From: a virus
Lineage: Duplodnaviria; Caudoviricetes
DNA: 57,895 bases
Strand: one strand, 5' to 3'
IMG/VR virus record: IMGVR_UViG_3300037508_000466
Coordinates: 1-57,895 of that record
Of this stretch, positions 6,422-15,685 are shown in pieces (position 1 is the stretch's first letter; each line of letters begins with the position of its first letter). A model generated the notes under the pieces. That model saw only the letters and a program-made list of their open reading frames with translations. It was not told where the DNA came from and made no database searches. Position numbers and translations under genes: made by a program.

Positions 6422-7915
6422 ATGGTAATTTTATATAATGATGCCCGCAGTAAGCTCGCCTCGGGTATTAAGCAGATGGCTTCGGCTGTCAAGAGCACAT
6501 TAGGACCTGGTGGCAACACTGTTGTCATTGATGCTGGTCCGGAGATGAGATTTGTAGGTGGTTTCACCATCACGAAGGATGGTGTGACTGTTGCGCGGTC
6601 CATTAAGTTGGATGATCCTGTCGAGAATCTTGCTGTCCGGATTATGCGTCAGGTTTCCGAGTTGTCTGCGAGTCGTGCTGGTGATGGGACTACTACTGCT
6701 GTTGTGTTAGCGGAGGCGTTGATTAGTGCTGGGGGTGGCCTCTCTCTTTCGGAGACGCGGGAGCTTCAGCGTCTTGCGGCATCTGCTGTCAAGATACTAC
6801 GTGGTCGGGCTCGGCCTCTGGTCACTTCGGACGGTCTGTTGAGTATTGCGACGATATCTGCGAATGGTGATGCTGAGATGGGCGCTCTGATTGCTGATGC
6901 TTACGAGCATGTTGGCAAGGGTGGCATAGTTGTGGCTGAGAAGGGTCAGGGTACGACTTGTACGTTGGACAAGCGTCGTGGGGTGAGGTTCCAGCGTGGG
7001 TATGCGTCGCGTGTGTTCGTGAACGACCAGAGTAACGACTCTGTGGTCTTCGACAATGCGTTGCTGTTGGTGATTGACGGTCCTGTGAACAACATCTTGC
7101 ACATTGAGACCATCATCAGGGGGGTGATTGCGTCGGGGGATCCTCTGGTCATCATCGGTGATGTCAGCGACCAGGTGGTGATGACTCTGGCGGCTAACGT
7201 CGTGAAGAATGGCATGCGGTTCGCTGTGGTGGCTCCGCCGAGCTTCGGGTGGCGTCGTCAGGAGCTGATGGAGGACTTGGCTCTCGTTACGGGGGCTAAG
7301 TTGTTCAGTGAGCGCACTGGTGATGACTTGAGTATTGCGACTATGGCTGACCTTGGCCGTGTCAACCGCATCAGCATCACGCGTGATGAGACCACTGTGA
7401 CTCTGGGTGACATTGTCCCCGATGAGAGCCGTATTGCTCAGGTTGAGAAGCAGGGTGGTGAGAACGCTGCGGACCGGCTGGCGATGCTGCGTGGTCTGGC
7501 GTCTGTCATACAGGTGGGTGCGCACACTGACGTCGAGCAGAAGGAGCTGTACGACAGGATGGAGGACAGTATCTGTGCTGTCCGCTCTGCTATGGAGGGT
7601 GGCATCCTGCCTGGTGGTGGTGTGGCGCTGCGTGATGTAGCTGCTGACATGGAGGCTGACTTTGATGACAGCCCGGCGTTGCGTGTGCTGACTAAGGCGT
7701 TGCGTGAGCCGATGCGTGTTCTGTACGAGAACGCTGGTATGGAGCTGCCTGAGGGTCCGCTGCCACATGACTACGGCATGTGTCTGGTGACTGGTATCGC
7801 TGGTGACATGTACGACCTTGGCGTCATCGACCCGGCGTTGGTGACGATATCGGCGCTTGAGGGTGCTGTGAGTGTGGCGTCTACTGTGTTGGGGTCTAAC
7901 GCTGTGGTGCTGTGA
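6422..7915 (+). CDS. groEL: chaperonin GroEL (Cpn60), phage-encoded
   Basis: TLGPGG, ITKDGVTVA, AGDGTTT, EGGILPGGGVAL, GVIDPA motifs; start revised to ATG 6422, after promoter-like TATCTTCG at 6410-6417. Confidence 0.95.
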   Translation: MVILYNDARSKLASGIKQMASAVKSTLGPGGNTVVIDAGPEMRFVGGFTITKDGVTVARSIKLDDPVENLAVRIMRQVSELSASRAGDGTTTAVVLAEALISAGGGLSLSETRELQRLAASAVKILRGRARPLVTSDGLLSIATISANGDAEMGALIADAYEHVGKGGIVVAEKGQGTTCTLDKRRGVRFQRGYASRVFVNDQSNDSVVFDNALLLVIDGPVNNILHIETIIRGVIASGDPLVIIGDVSDQVVMTLAANVVKNGMRFAVVAPPSFGWRRQELMEDLALVTGAKLFSERTGDDLSIATMADLGRVNRISITRDETTVTLGDIVPDESRIAQVEKQGGENAADRLAMLRGLASVIQVGAHTDVEQKELYDRMEDSICAVRSAMEGGILPGGGVALRDVAADMEADFDDSPALRVLTKALREPMRVLYENAGMELPEGPLPHDYGMCLVTGIAGDMYDLGVIDPALVTISALEGAVSVASTVLGSNAVVL

Positions 7916-8178
7916 AGGCGGTAGGGCGATACGTTGTGGTGGACCCGGTGCAGGGTCGCCCACAGAGTGGTGAGTTGGTGCTCAGCGTCAAGGATGCTGA
8001 CGACATCAGGTACCGGCACGGTGATGTCATTGCTGTCGGTGATCAGTGCTCGCCGGTGCTTGCCCCCGGGCAGCTGGTGGCATACGACAAGAACGCTGGC
8101 TTCAGGCTGATTATTGAGGACCGTCAGTTGCTCGTGATAACTGATCGTGATATCTGTGCTGTCTTACGAGAGAGTTGA
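7912..8178 (+). CDS. groES: co-chaperonin GroES (Cpn10)
   Basis: G-x-V-IAVG...L-x-x-G-x-x-V-x-YDK...DI-x-AVL pattern; overlaps the groEL stop. Confidence 0.9.
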   Translation: MKAVGRYVVVDPVQGRPQSGELVLSVKDADDIRYRHGDVIAVGDQCSPVLAPGQLVAYDKNAGFRLIIEDRQLLVITDRDICAVLRES

Positions 8179-8554
8179 TGATGCGAATGCGTGTGCGCAT
8201 CTTGCGCATGCGTGTTGAGTTGGTGGGCTCGGTCATCCAGGGCACGCGCTCGGGCATGACGCGTCTTAGGGCGCACCACTCCTTGATGTCGCGTACAAGC
8301 TGGTGTCCTCTCGGGGAGAGTGAGTGAAGGCGACGGGGGGTCTCGGTGACAACTGAGATCCACCCCTCGCGGATGAGGGCGCTGGTGACATAGCCAGAGC
8401 CATCGGAGCCGGCGAAGACCTCGCGGAGTTCTCTGATGGTGAGGTAGGGTTCATCGTGCATCCAGAGCATGGCGTCTAGTTCCTTGATGGAGAGGCCATA
8501 GGTCATGGAGACGTAGTAGCGGACGGCAGTCCAGTATTTAAGTGGGTTCGTCAA
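8111..8554 (-). CDS. putative winged-helix DNA-binding protein
   Basis: LKYW...YGLSIKELDAML...LIREGWI...SLSPRG is MarR-like; start revised to TTG ~8554. Confidence 0.55.
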   Translation of the reverse strand: MTNPLKYWTAVRYYVSMTYGLSIKELDAMLWMHDEPYLTIRELREVFAGSDGSGYVTSALIREGWISVVTETPRRLHSLSPRGHQLVRDIKEWCALRRVMPERVPWMTEPTNSTRMRKMRTRIRIINSLVRQHRYHDQLSRATDGPQ

Positions 8555-8562
8555 AACGTGAT

Positions 8563-8570
8563 TATATTTG
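8563..8570 (+). promoter_or_regulatory. Bacteroidota sigma70 -7 element TATATTTG
   Basis: TAnnTTTG consensus just before ATG 8586; also at 12988, 13189, 20595, 23969, 25347 (+) and 49245, 50965, 52144, 52873 (-). Confidence 0.7.
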
Positions 8571-8585
8571 TGGCAAAAATACGAG

Positions 8586-8723
8586 ATGCCACTAACGAAA
8601 TCTGTGTCTAAGAACATCGCCGAGCTGACGAGGGCAAACAGAAGTAAGCCCGCAGGCAAGAAGCGTAGTCGTGAGCAGATAGCGGCGATTGCATACTCGG
8701 CAGCTAAGAAGAAGAATAAATGA
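8586..8723 (+). CDS. small basic protein (45 aa, MPLTKSVSKNIAEL...QIAAIAYSAA)
   Basis: Manually translated; promoter upstream; ATGA overlap with the next gene. Confidence 0.65.
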   Translation: MPLTKSVSKNIAELTRANRSKPAGKKRSREQIAAIAYSAAKKKNK

Positions 8724-9007
8724 ACAAGGACAGTATGCCATGTAACAAGCCTAGGCCATCGACGAGCCCAGGCAAGAAGAGGATGGTGAAGGGGTGTGAA
8801 GGTGGTCAGGAGAAGATCATACACTTCGGTGCGAAGGGGTACGGCCACAACTACAGTGATGCCGCCCGTAAGAGCTTCAAGGCGCGTCATAACTGTGACA
8901 CGGCTACGAGTAAGCTGACAGCGCGTTACTGGGCGTGTAAGAACTTGTGGGCAGGCAAGGGGGGCAGCACTGCGTCATCGCCGAAAGGTAGGAGGGGGAA
9001 GTACTGA
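8720..9007 (+). CDS. conserved basic hypothetical protein (DUF5754-like)
   Basis: IIHFGAKGY...RKSFKARHNC...ARYWACKNLW motif. Confidence 0.7.
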   Translation: MNKDSMPCNKPRPSTSPGKKRMVKGCEGGQEKIIHFGAKGYGHNYSDAARKSFKARHNCDTATSKLTARYWACKNLWAGKGGSTASSPKGRRGKY

Positions 9008-9231
9008 TGAGGAAGACGGCGAGATATTACGCGGACAATCCTGGCGCTAGGCGCAGGAAGGTGGAGTACGACAAAAAGTATCACAGCACGCCTGAGCGTA
9101 GGCGTTACAGAGCGGAGTTGGTGCAGAAGAACCGCGAGATGGGCACCAAGGGTGATGGCATGGACGTGTCGCACCAGAAGGGCGGTAAGGTCATTCTTGA
9201 GAAACAATCAACAAACAGAGCAAGGAAATGA
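9007..9231 (+). CDS. small HNH-like protein
   Basis: GDGMDVSH...STNRAR resembles a degenerate HNH. Confidence 0.5.
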   Translation: MRKTARYYADNPGARRRKVEYDKKYHSTPERRRYRAELVQKNREMGTKGDGMDVSHQKGGKVILEKQSTNRARK

Positions 9232-9509
9232 AAGAGTTACTGAATGAAATCGGTATTAACCTATCGCTGACATTAGCTGGACTTGGTGGCAGTATTGTCA
9301 CGCTGTGGGCAAAGCGTAAGACGATGAACTGGATGGAGCAGGCGGTCACTATATTCTCGGGCACATTGTCTGCGAACTACCTGACGCCACTCGTTGTGTC
9401 GTACTTAAATATGAAGCCGGAGGCTGAGTATGGCGTAGCGTTCATCATAGGATTCGGAGGACTTAAAGCTGTTGAATATGTCTACGACAAGTACTTCTCA
9501 AAAAAATAA
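9228..9509 (+). CDS. putative holin
   Basis: 93 aa, three hydrophobic segments, AFIIGFGGLK motif, basic C-terminus. Confidence 0.65.
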   Translation: MKELLNEIGINLSLTLAGLGGSIVTLWAKRKTMNWMEQAVTIFSGTLSANYLTPLVVSYLNMKPEAEYGVAFIIGFGGLKAVEYVYDKYFSKK

Positions 9510-9663
9510 TGACAAGGGTGCTGGCGACACGCTGGCGCGGATCTTCACGATGACTGGCGTGAAGAAGGCAGTCGAGGTGATATCGGAAGCAACCGGTATT
9601 GAATGTGGCTGCGACAAGAGGCAAGAGCAACTAAACAAAATATTTCCATATAAACAACAATAA
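9472..9663 (+). CDS. conserved hypothetical protein
   Basis: GDT...TGVKK...CGCDKRQEQLN...FPY motif common in aquatic phages. Confidence 0.7.
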   Translation: MNMSTTSTSQKNNDKGAGDTLARIFTMTGVKKAVEVISEATGIECGCDKRQEQLNKIFPYKQQ

Positions 9664-9665
9664 AC

Positions 9666-12656
9666 ATGGCACTAGAACAAGTATCAGCTTATATTTTCAC
9701 TCCTTCGGTAACTACTGGAACTCAGCAGTATGCCGCTCAGTTGGTTATTCCGGGGAGATGGAATATTGGACAAATCCGGAGGATTGTCAATTCAACGAGG
9801 AACAAGCTGATGTACAGCGATGAGCACGAGAAACTCATTGGCACGATAACATTCAACACATACAACCAGACGATTCCAACTGGAATGCCGACAACTCTTG
9901 TGCAGAGGGCTGGTGGGGTGACTATGTTCAATTTGCTCATGGACACGTCGTATATGCAAGCAACGGATGTTCTTGAGATTTTGGTTGAAAAGAAGGAGCA
10001 GGTTATGCGGCCATTTGACTTTGGAACGGACGCTATTGAGCGCATTCGTGTGTCTGATCCCAAGTCAATGATTGATGCTGACTTTGAGTATGGCTTGCAG
10101 CCCACAAAATGGGCGTCTTACGGCTTAAACCGGTACTTCCCATCAATTCTTGAGCTTCAGAGTAATGACCTTGTCGTTACGGCCATATCATCCGATGGAA
10201 CGACTACTTCAAGTACAAATTCGTTGATTACAGTTACGACATCAAGTGCGCATGGTATCACAACGGCTGGAACTCCAATCCACGTCGCTGGTACAAGTCA
10301 AACTGTTGCCCTTGGCGTAGGTGGTTCAGATGGTGGGTTTTTAGTTGAGACGTTTGGTAGTCCGACTCAGTTTACATACAGGGCTAAAACAACCGTAACA
10401 TCGGGCTCGATTTTAGCAGACAATATTGTCCTTCGTAGGTGTGTGTTTGCTACAAACGTTAGTATTCCAATTACCAACCCAACAGGGATACATACTGCCG
10501 GAACATCAGTGACAATCACGTCAACAAGCCCTCACAACCTTGTGCCTGGCACGCCTATTCTCGTTAGGGTTACTAGTGGAACTAATACCCTTCAGGCTCA
10601 AGGGTCATTTTATGTGGCGTCAGTGCCAACAGCGACAACATTTACATTTGTAACTAGGCAGTGGACATCTGGAACTGGAGGCAGTGCCGTTGACTTTACC
10701 GGCTGTACAATGACAGTCACAACTAACTCAGATGGATTGGCACAGCCTAGACCTTGGGATGGTGGCGTACAGATTTATGCGGCTAGTGCATCGCATGGTG
10801 CTTGTATTGTTCGTTCAACGAAGAAATATAACCGTTATCAGTCTGGTAAAGGGTATCTGTGGTCATCCGGCGTATTGTTCAGGCCAAATTATGACATTCG
10901 TAGCATTTCAGCTAATGGAACGGCTATTGGCTCTACCGTTACTGTTACTGTTGATGGAGTGCCTCACGGCCTTCAATCTGGTGCAACAGTTAGAATAGTA
11001 GGCATATCTACATCTGGATACGATGGAACGTATACTGTGGCAACCGTAGCAACAAGTCCATATGTTTTCACATTTGCAAATACAGCAACCCTTGGTTCAA
11101 TAACAACTACTTATACACCGGGAACTGATCCTAAAGTTATTGTAACTGCTTGGTCTGGTTCTGTTGTTCGTGCTGGTCCTTTTGATGACCAGAATGGCAT
11201 GTTCTTCGAATACGATGGGGCTACATTCTGGGCTGTTCGCCGAAGTGCTGTATTTCAACTTGTTGGTACACTGGCTATAACTGCTGGAAGTACGACAGTT
11301 ACTGGTACTGATACTAAATTTATTGAGCAACTTCGTGTTGGTACCAAGATTGTAATCAAGGGCATGACATATTTGGTTGCTTCAATATCCAGCAACACTT
11401 CGATGACTATCTCTCCGGATTATCGCCCAAGTATAAATGCCTCTGGAGTAAAGGGGAGTATTGTTCGTGAAACTCGTATTTCTCAAGCCAACTGGAACAT
11501 TGATACCTGCGATGGCACTGGCGGCATAAACAACCCAAGTGGATTTCTACTTGACTTAAACACCATGCAAATGGTGGGCATTCAGTACACATGGTATGGT
11601 GCAGGATTTATTGACTGGATGATTCGTGGTGCTGACGGTAATTGGCTAATGGTTCATAGGCTCAAGAACAACAACGTCAACTACGAGGCGCACATGCGTA
11701 CAGGTAACTTGCCGGTTCGTTATTCTGTTGAGAATGAAGGAGCATATACCTATTTGACCGCATCGCTTGCGGCTGGAGCAACTACTGCAACTGTTGCTAG
11801 TACGGCGGAGTTCCCTGGGTCGGGCACGCTTCTGATTGACCAAGAGATTATTAGTTACACCGGAAAAACATCAAGTCCGCCTACATTTACCGGATTAACC
11901 AGAGCTGCAACATTGAGTAAGTTCCAAGGGGGTCTATTAAGAAGCTTTACCGGTTCCGTAGATAGCACACACAATACACCAACAGCAGGTGCTACAAACG
12001 GCCCTGGAGTAGTTCTTATCCGAAACACTTGCAGCCCATCGCTTGTACACTGGGGCTCGGCTCTTGTAATGGATGGCGGCTTTGACTCTGACCGTGGTTA
12101 TATCTTCAACTATCAAAGAGTAGGTCTATCATTAACAACGGCTACTCAAACTGCATTTTTGATTCGATTAGCACCATCCGTGTCGGCTGGTCTTGTAGGT
12201 GTTCTTGGAAATAGAGACCTCATTAACAGAGCTCAATTTTTGTTGCAAGCCGTAGGGGTTGACGTGGATAATGGTGTTAATGCTGGCGCTGTGATTATTG
12301 AGGGTGTTGTTAACCCAACGAATATTAGTGCAGTAACGTGGCTTGATGTGAATGCTACGGCACAGGGATCACAGCCATCATTTGCCCAGGTTGCAACGTC
12401 TTGGACGGGAGGTGTTGCTACTGGTGGTGAGCAAATTTTCGCCTTTGCCGCTCCGGCTCCATCAGGAACCTCTTCACAATGGGGGGCAGTAAACGACAGG
12501 CTTGATTTGAGTCCGTTGAAAGAGTTGACAAATTCGCCGATTGGTGGAGATGGCGTATATCCGGATGGACCTGAAGTTCTTGCCATAAACGTAAGGCTTA
12601 GAAACGGAACCGCTAACGGAACTGTACTCCTCAGATGGTCAGAAGCGCAGGCATAA
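9666..12656 (+). CDS. tail fibre / virion structural protein with repeated beta-domains (996 aa)
   Basis: Thr/Gly/Ser-rich; repeated 'T..H.L..G..I.V.G...G.F.V.....T.FT' modules; IDADFEYGLQPTKW motif. Confidence 0.7.
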   Translation: MALEQVSAYIFTPSVTTGTQQYAAQLVIPGRWNIGQIRRIVNSTRNKLMYSDEHEKLIGTITFNTYNQTIPTGMPTTLVQRAGGVTMFNLLMDTSYMQATDVLEILVEKKEQVMRPFDFGTDAIERIRVSDPKSMIDADFEYGLQPTKWASYGLNRYFPSILELQSNDLVVTAISSDGTTTSSTNSLITVTTSSAHGITTAGTPIHVAGTSQTVALGVGGSDGGFLVETFGSPTQFTYRAKTTVTSGSILADNIVLRRCVFATNVSIPITNPTGIHTAGTSVTITSTSPHNLVPGTPILVRVTSGTNTLQAQGSFYVASVPTATTFTFVTRQWTSGTGGSAVDFTGCTMTVTTNSDGLAQPRPWDGGVQIYAASASHGACIVRSTKKYNRYQSGKGYLWSSGVLFRPNYDIRSISANGTAIGSTVTVTVDGVPHGLQSGATVRIVGISTSGYDGTYTVATVATSPYVFTFANTATLGSITTTYTPGTDPKVIVTAWSGSVVRAGPFDDQNGMFFEYDGATFWAVRRSAVFQLVGTLAITAGSTTVTGTDTKFIEQLRVGTKIVIKGMTYLVASISSNTSMTISPDYRPSINASGVKGSIVRETRISQANWNIDTCDGTGGINNPSGFLLDLNTMQMVGIQYTWYGAGFIDWMIRGADGNWLMVHRLKNNNVNYEAHMRTGNLPVRYSVENEGAYTYLTASLAAGATTATVASTAEFPGSGTLLIDQEIISYTGKTSSPPTFTGLTRAATLSKFQGGLLRSFTGSVDSTHNTPTAGATNGPGVVLIRNTCSPSLVHWGSALVMDGGFDSDRGYIFNYQRVGLSLTTATQTAFLIRLAPSVSAGLVGVLGNRDLINRAQFLLQAVGVDVDNGVNAGAVIIEGVVNPTNISAVTWLDVNATAQGSQPSFAQVATSWTGGVATGGEQIFAFAAPAPSGTSSQWGAVNDRLDLSPLKELTNSPIGGDGVYPDGPEVLAINVRLRNGTANGTVLLRWSEAQA

Positions 12657-13021
12657 TAGTCCTGCTTCTTCTTGCCTCTTGCAGTCGCAAGGCGACGGTT
12701 ACGGAGTACGTGAAGCAGATTCAGATCGACACGATACAGATGCCGGTCTACACGACGACATACATCCCGGTTGAGTGTGACTCAGCCGGGGTGTTGAAGG
12801 CTTTTAAATACGAAACAGCATCAGGTCCTGTTAAGGTCTCTTTATTTTCAGACAGCGGCAGGGTTGTCGTGAAGTTGAAGGTTGACACTGTCGTTCAGCG
12901 ATATCGAGGGGATACTGTCTATCGTGAGATTGTGAAGACTAAGACTGTTGTGCCTAAGTGGGTTTTCGCTGTCGTTGCGCTTTGTGTTATATTTGTGGCA
13001 TTAACCATAGTGTTTAGGTGA
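12635..13021 (+). CDS. lipoprotein, putative unimolecular spanin
   Basis: Lipobox LLASC at the N-terminus plus a C-terminal transmembrane helix. Confidence 0.55.
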   Translation: MVRSAGIIVLLLLASCSRKATVTEYVKQIQIDTIQMPVYTTTYIPVECDSAGVLKAFKYETASGPVKVSLFSDSGRVVVKLKVDTVVQRYRGDTVYREIVKTKTVVPKWVFAVVALCVIFVALTIVFR

Positions 13022-13224
13022 TGAAGAAAACCCCTGGTCCATTTTCTCACAAGAAGAATCCGATAGACTTGGTTCGTAATGGCAGGAAGATTGGAGAGGC
13101 CACTGGTGGTGAGTATATTCTAAATCCCAGTCAAGTGTCCAAGATTAAGGGGCTGGCCGTAAAAAATAACAAGGATGGATTACATAGTTATATTTGCAGC
13201 ATCATTAAAAAATTCGAGAAATGA
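13018..13224 (+). CDS. hypothetical protein
   Basis: FSHKKNPID...GEATGGEYILNP motif. Confidence 0.65.
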   Translation: MMKKTPGPFSHKKNPIDLVRNGRKIGEATGGEYILNPSQVSKIKGLAVKNNKDGLHSYICSIIKKFEK

Positions 13225-13382
13225 AAGGCTGTTCAAAATGCAAAAACAAAACCTGTACCTGTGATATGAAAAACACCAAGTATGCTAAGGGCGGTAAGAC
13301 GCCAATGAAACCCACCACCTATGCTAAAGGCGGTAAGTCTCCTCTACCTGGAATGAAAAAGCCTAAATCATCTTGCAAATGA
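13221..13382 (+). CDS. small basic protein with YAKGGK repeats (53 aa)
   Basis: Manually translated; promoter at 13189; ATGA overlaps at both ends. Confidence 0.65.
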   Translation: MKGCSKCKNKTCTCDMKNTKYAKGGKTPMKPTTYAKGGKSPLPGMKKPKSSCK

Positions 13383-13813
13383 AAAAGAAATCATATAGTA
13401 CTGGAGGTAAAGTAACTCCATTTGGCCAGGCTTTCTCTGGTGCTAGAAAAGCAGGCAAAGAGACATTCACATTTGGTGGTAAGTCATATCACACTAGAAC
13501 AAAGGAGGAAGAGGATGCTAGGATAGCATCTGGTAGACCGTCATCCTACATCCCTATTGAGAAAATGCCGAGTGGTAAAATGGCGACTTCTGTGACGAGC
13601 TCTTCTGTTAATAATAAAGTGGCTACAGAGCTAAAGTCAGCTCCCGCCGCAAAAAAAGCGACTACAGAGCCAAAATCAGCCACATCAATGGACAGAAAAG
13701 CGTATAGAGAACAGGCTAAAAGCTCTGTCCCAACAAGAAAGGAAGCGAGATTTGAAAGATTCAAAGATCGTGTTGATGCAAGAATGGAAAGGAAAAGAAA
13801 AAGAAGATCGTAA
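13379..13813 (+). CDS. basic hypothetical protein
   Basis: FGQAFSGARKAGKETFTFGGKSY motif; ATG 13379 overlaps the previous stop. Confidence 0.7.
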   Translation: MKKKSYSTGGKVTPFGQAFSGARKAGKETFTFGGKSYHTRTKEEEDARIASGRPSSYIPIEKMPSGKMATSVTSSSVNNKVATELKSAPAAKKATTEPKSATSMDRKAYREQAKSSVPTRKEARFERFKDRVDARMERKRKRRS

Positions 13814-14361
13814 TGCCTAAGATAAGTACATATCCTGTAGTTCCTTTAGAGCCCGGAGATTATATATTGATTAGCGATGCTAGCGACAGCAACGCTACCA
13901 AAAATGTTCTTGCCTCATCTGTAACAGGCGTTTCCGTTTCTTATACGGAAATGAGCTCTACTACTGGAAACCAAGCCGTTACTCAGTCTACATGGATTAA
14001 AATGACCATGACCACAGCAGTTGGCCTTACAAATGACTCATCTTTGGTGGTTGCAACTACTAATAGAATAACAAACATTGGACAATTAAGAAGGTACTGG
14101 GTTACGTATTCACTTACTGCGTCAGCTGCTAGTAATAATAACATTATGTTCAGAATTGCATTGGATGGAAATATTAATTCAATTGTAAAATCTGAGATTG
14201 ACATTGTTTGTGGCGGAGGGGGTGCAAAAGGAGGGAGTGGTTCCGGATCGTTTATTGTGGATATTCCGCAAAATTCATATATTGAACTATGGACTCAGAA
14301 TGCAAGTTCTGGGACTACAGTGACTTTAGAGCATTTTAACCTTGTAATAAGACAAATATGA
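13813..14361 (+). CDS. putative structural protein
   Basis: MPKISTYP...SD...ATKN N-terminal motif typical of fibre-like proteins; beta-rich C-terminus. Confidence 0.6.
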   Translation: MPKISTYPVVPLEPGDYILISDASDSNATKNVLASSVTGVSVSYTEMSSTTGNQAVTQSTWIKMTMTTAVGLTNDSSLVVATTNRITNIGQLRRYWVTYSLTASAASNNNIMFRIALDGNINSIVKSEIDIVCGGGGAKGGSGSGSFIVDIPQNSYIELWTQNASSGTTVTLEHFNLVIRQI

Positions 14362-14567
14362 TGAAACCAAAACCCACTGCAAAAGACCGCATGATGATGC
14401 TTAAGAAGAAGCATGTTCGCGATGTTGAGAAAGACACCAATAGATATCCTGATGGCACTGTTGAAAAGTCCAAGAGCGTATTCAGGAAGGATGGAGGTCA
14501 GAAAGTTAAGGTAAAAACCACCTCCCCTAATGGTGAGGTTAAGAAGACGAAGATTGTCCGCAAGTGA
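14358..14567 (+). CDS. Lys-rich hypothetical protein
   Basis: ORF coupled to both neighbours. Confidence 0.55.
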   Translation: MMKPKPTAKDRMMMLKKKHVRDVEKDTNRYPDGTVEKSKSVFRKDGGQKVKVKTTSPNGEVKKTKIVRK

Positions 14568-14899
14568 AAGACGCCTGTTACAGAAAGGTCAAGGCTCAGT
14601 ATGATGTCTTCCCTTCTGCAAGGGCATCGCAGGCTATTGCCAAGTGCCGGAAGCAATCTGGCTCTGTGCGCAAGGGAGAGGCTGGGTCAAATCTGAAACG
14701 CTGGGAAGCGGAGAAGTGGAAGGACACAAGAACTGGCAAGGCTTGTGGTGCAGGTGGGAGCAACGAATACTGCCGTCCTAGTCGCAGGGTGTCATCAAAT
14801 ACGCCAAAGACTGCATCTGAAGTCGGTAGTGCTAAGTTAGCGGCAAAAAAGAGGGAGAAGGCACGGGTGGGGATGGGAAATAGAGTTAAACCAATTTAA
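14564..14899 (+). CDS. conserved basic hypothetical protein
   Basis: KDACYRKVK...PSARAS...LKRW..EKW...YCRPSRRVSSNTPKT motif. Confidence 0.7.
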   Translation: MKDACYRKVKAQYDVFPSARASQAIAKCRKQSGSVRKGEAGSNLKRWEAEKWKDTRTGKACGAGGSNEYCRPSRRVSSNTPKTASEVGSAKLAAKKREKARVGMGNRVKPI

Positions 14900-14900
14900 T

Positions 14901-15122
14901 ATGATACGAAAAGTAGGAATAGGCCAGGATTACAAGAATGGCATGCATTACGAGCTCAATCAGCCTGTAATCAACAAGACTGGCGATTTTAGGATATCCT
15001 TAATTAAGAAGGATTCATCAGGCGGCATTAAGATACACATCTCGAACTCACGCAATGAGCACATGCTCTGGAAGGAGTTTAATGCCTGTATGCCGATATC
15101 AATCGAGTATGAAGTTATCTGA
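14901..15122 (+). CDS. conserved hypothetical protein
   Basis: IRKVGIGQDYK..MHY...WKEFN..MPISIEY. Confidence 0.7.
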   Translation: MIRKVGIGQDYKNGMHYELNQPVINKTGDFRISLIKKDSSGGIKIHISNSRNEHMLWKEFNACMPISIEYEVI

Positions 15123-15685
15123 TGCGTTCGCCATTTCAGTTTATCGTCAGGCCGAAGGGAGATCGGCGTTATGACAACACCCGGGATTGGGGTGTTGACT
15201 TCATTGTAAGTGTTTCTCAAGAAGACCACAGATTCTCAAATAGGTATGCCGAGGTCATCAGCACGCCAATGGACTACAGCGGTCCTATCAAGCCTGGGGA
15301 TACGCTGATTGTTCACCACAATGTATTCAAGTTCTACTATGATATGTATGGTAGGCAGAAGAGTGGCAAGTCTTTCTTTGGGGAGAATACGTTTGTGTTA
15401 GACTACGATCAGTTCTTCTTGTTTAAGTCTGATGATGGTAGGTGGCATGCTCACGATAAGTACTGTTTCATAAAGCCTTCGGATGAGAAGGAGTGGGTGC
15501 TGTATAAGGGCGGCAATTCGGAGCCACTGCATGGAACTATCCGTTATATTAATGATGAGTTGATAGCACTTGGGCTGAAGGAAGGCGATGAGGTCATTTA
15601 TCAACCAGAGAGCGAGTATGAGTTCGAGGTTGATGGGGAGGTGCTATATCGTATGTTTACCAGTAACATTGCCATCAAGATATGA
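15122..15685 (+). CDS. GroES-like two-domain protein
   Basis: Two GroES-like units (AEVISTP...IKPGDTLIVHHNVF; G.I.Y...GLKEGDEVIY). Confidence 0.55.
   Translation: MRSPFQFIVRPKGDRRYDNTRDWGVDFIVSVSQEDHRFSNRYAEVISTPMDYSGPIKPGDTLIVHHNVFKFYYDMYGRQKSGKSFFGENTFVLDYDQFFLFKSDDGRWHAHDKYCFIKPSDEKEWVLYKGGNSEPLHGTIRYINDELIALGLKEGDEVIYQPESEYEFEVDGEVLYRMFTSNIAIKI

Noticed and set aside
6797-7963. 388-aa minus-strand ORF
   Set aside because: Antisense shadow of groEL produced by the local compositional bias; His/Thr/Gln-rich, unprotein-like composition
8555-8890. N-terminal extension of the 8111-8890 ORF
   Set aside because: Antisense to two credible plus-strand genes and their promoter
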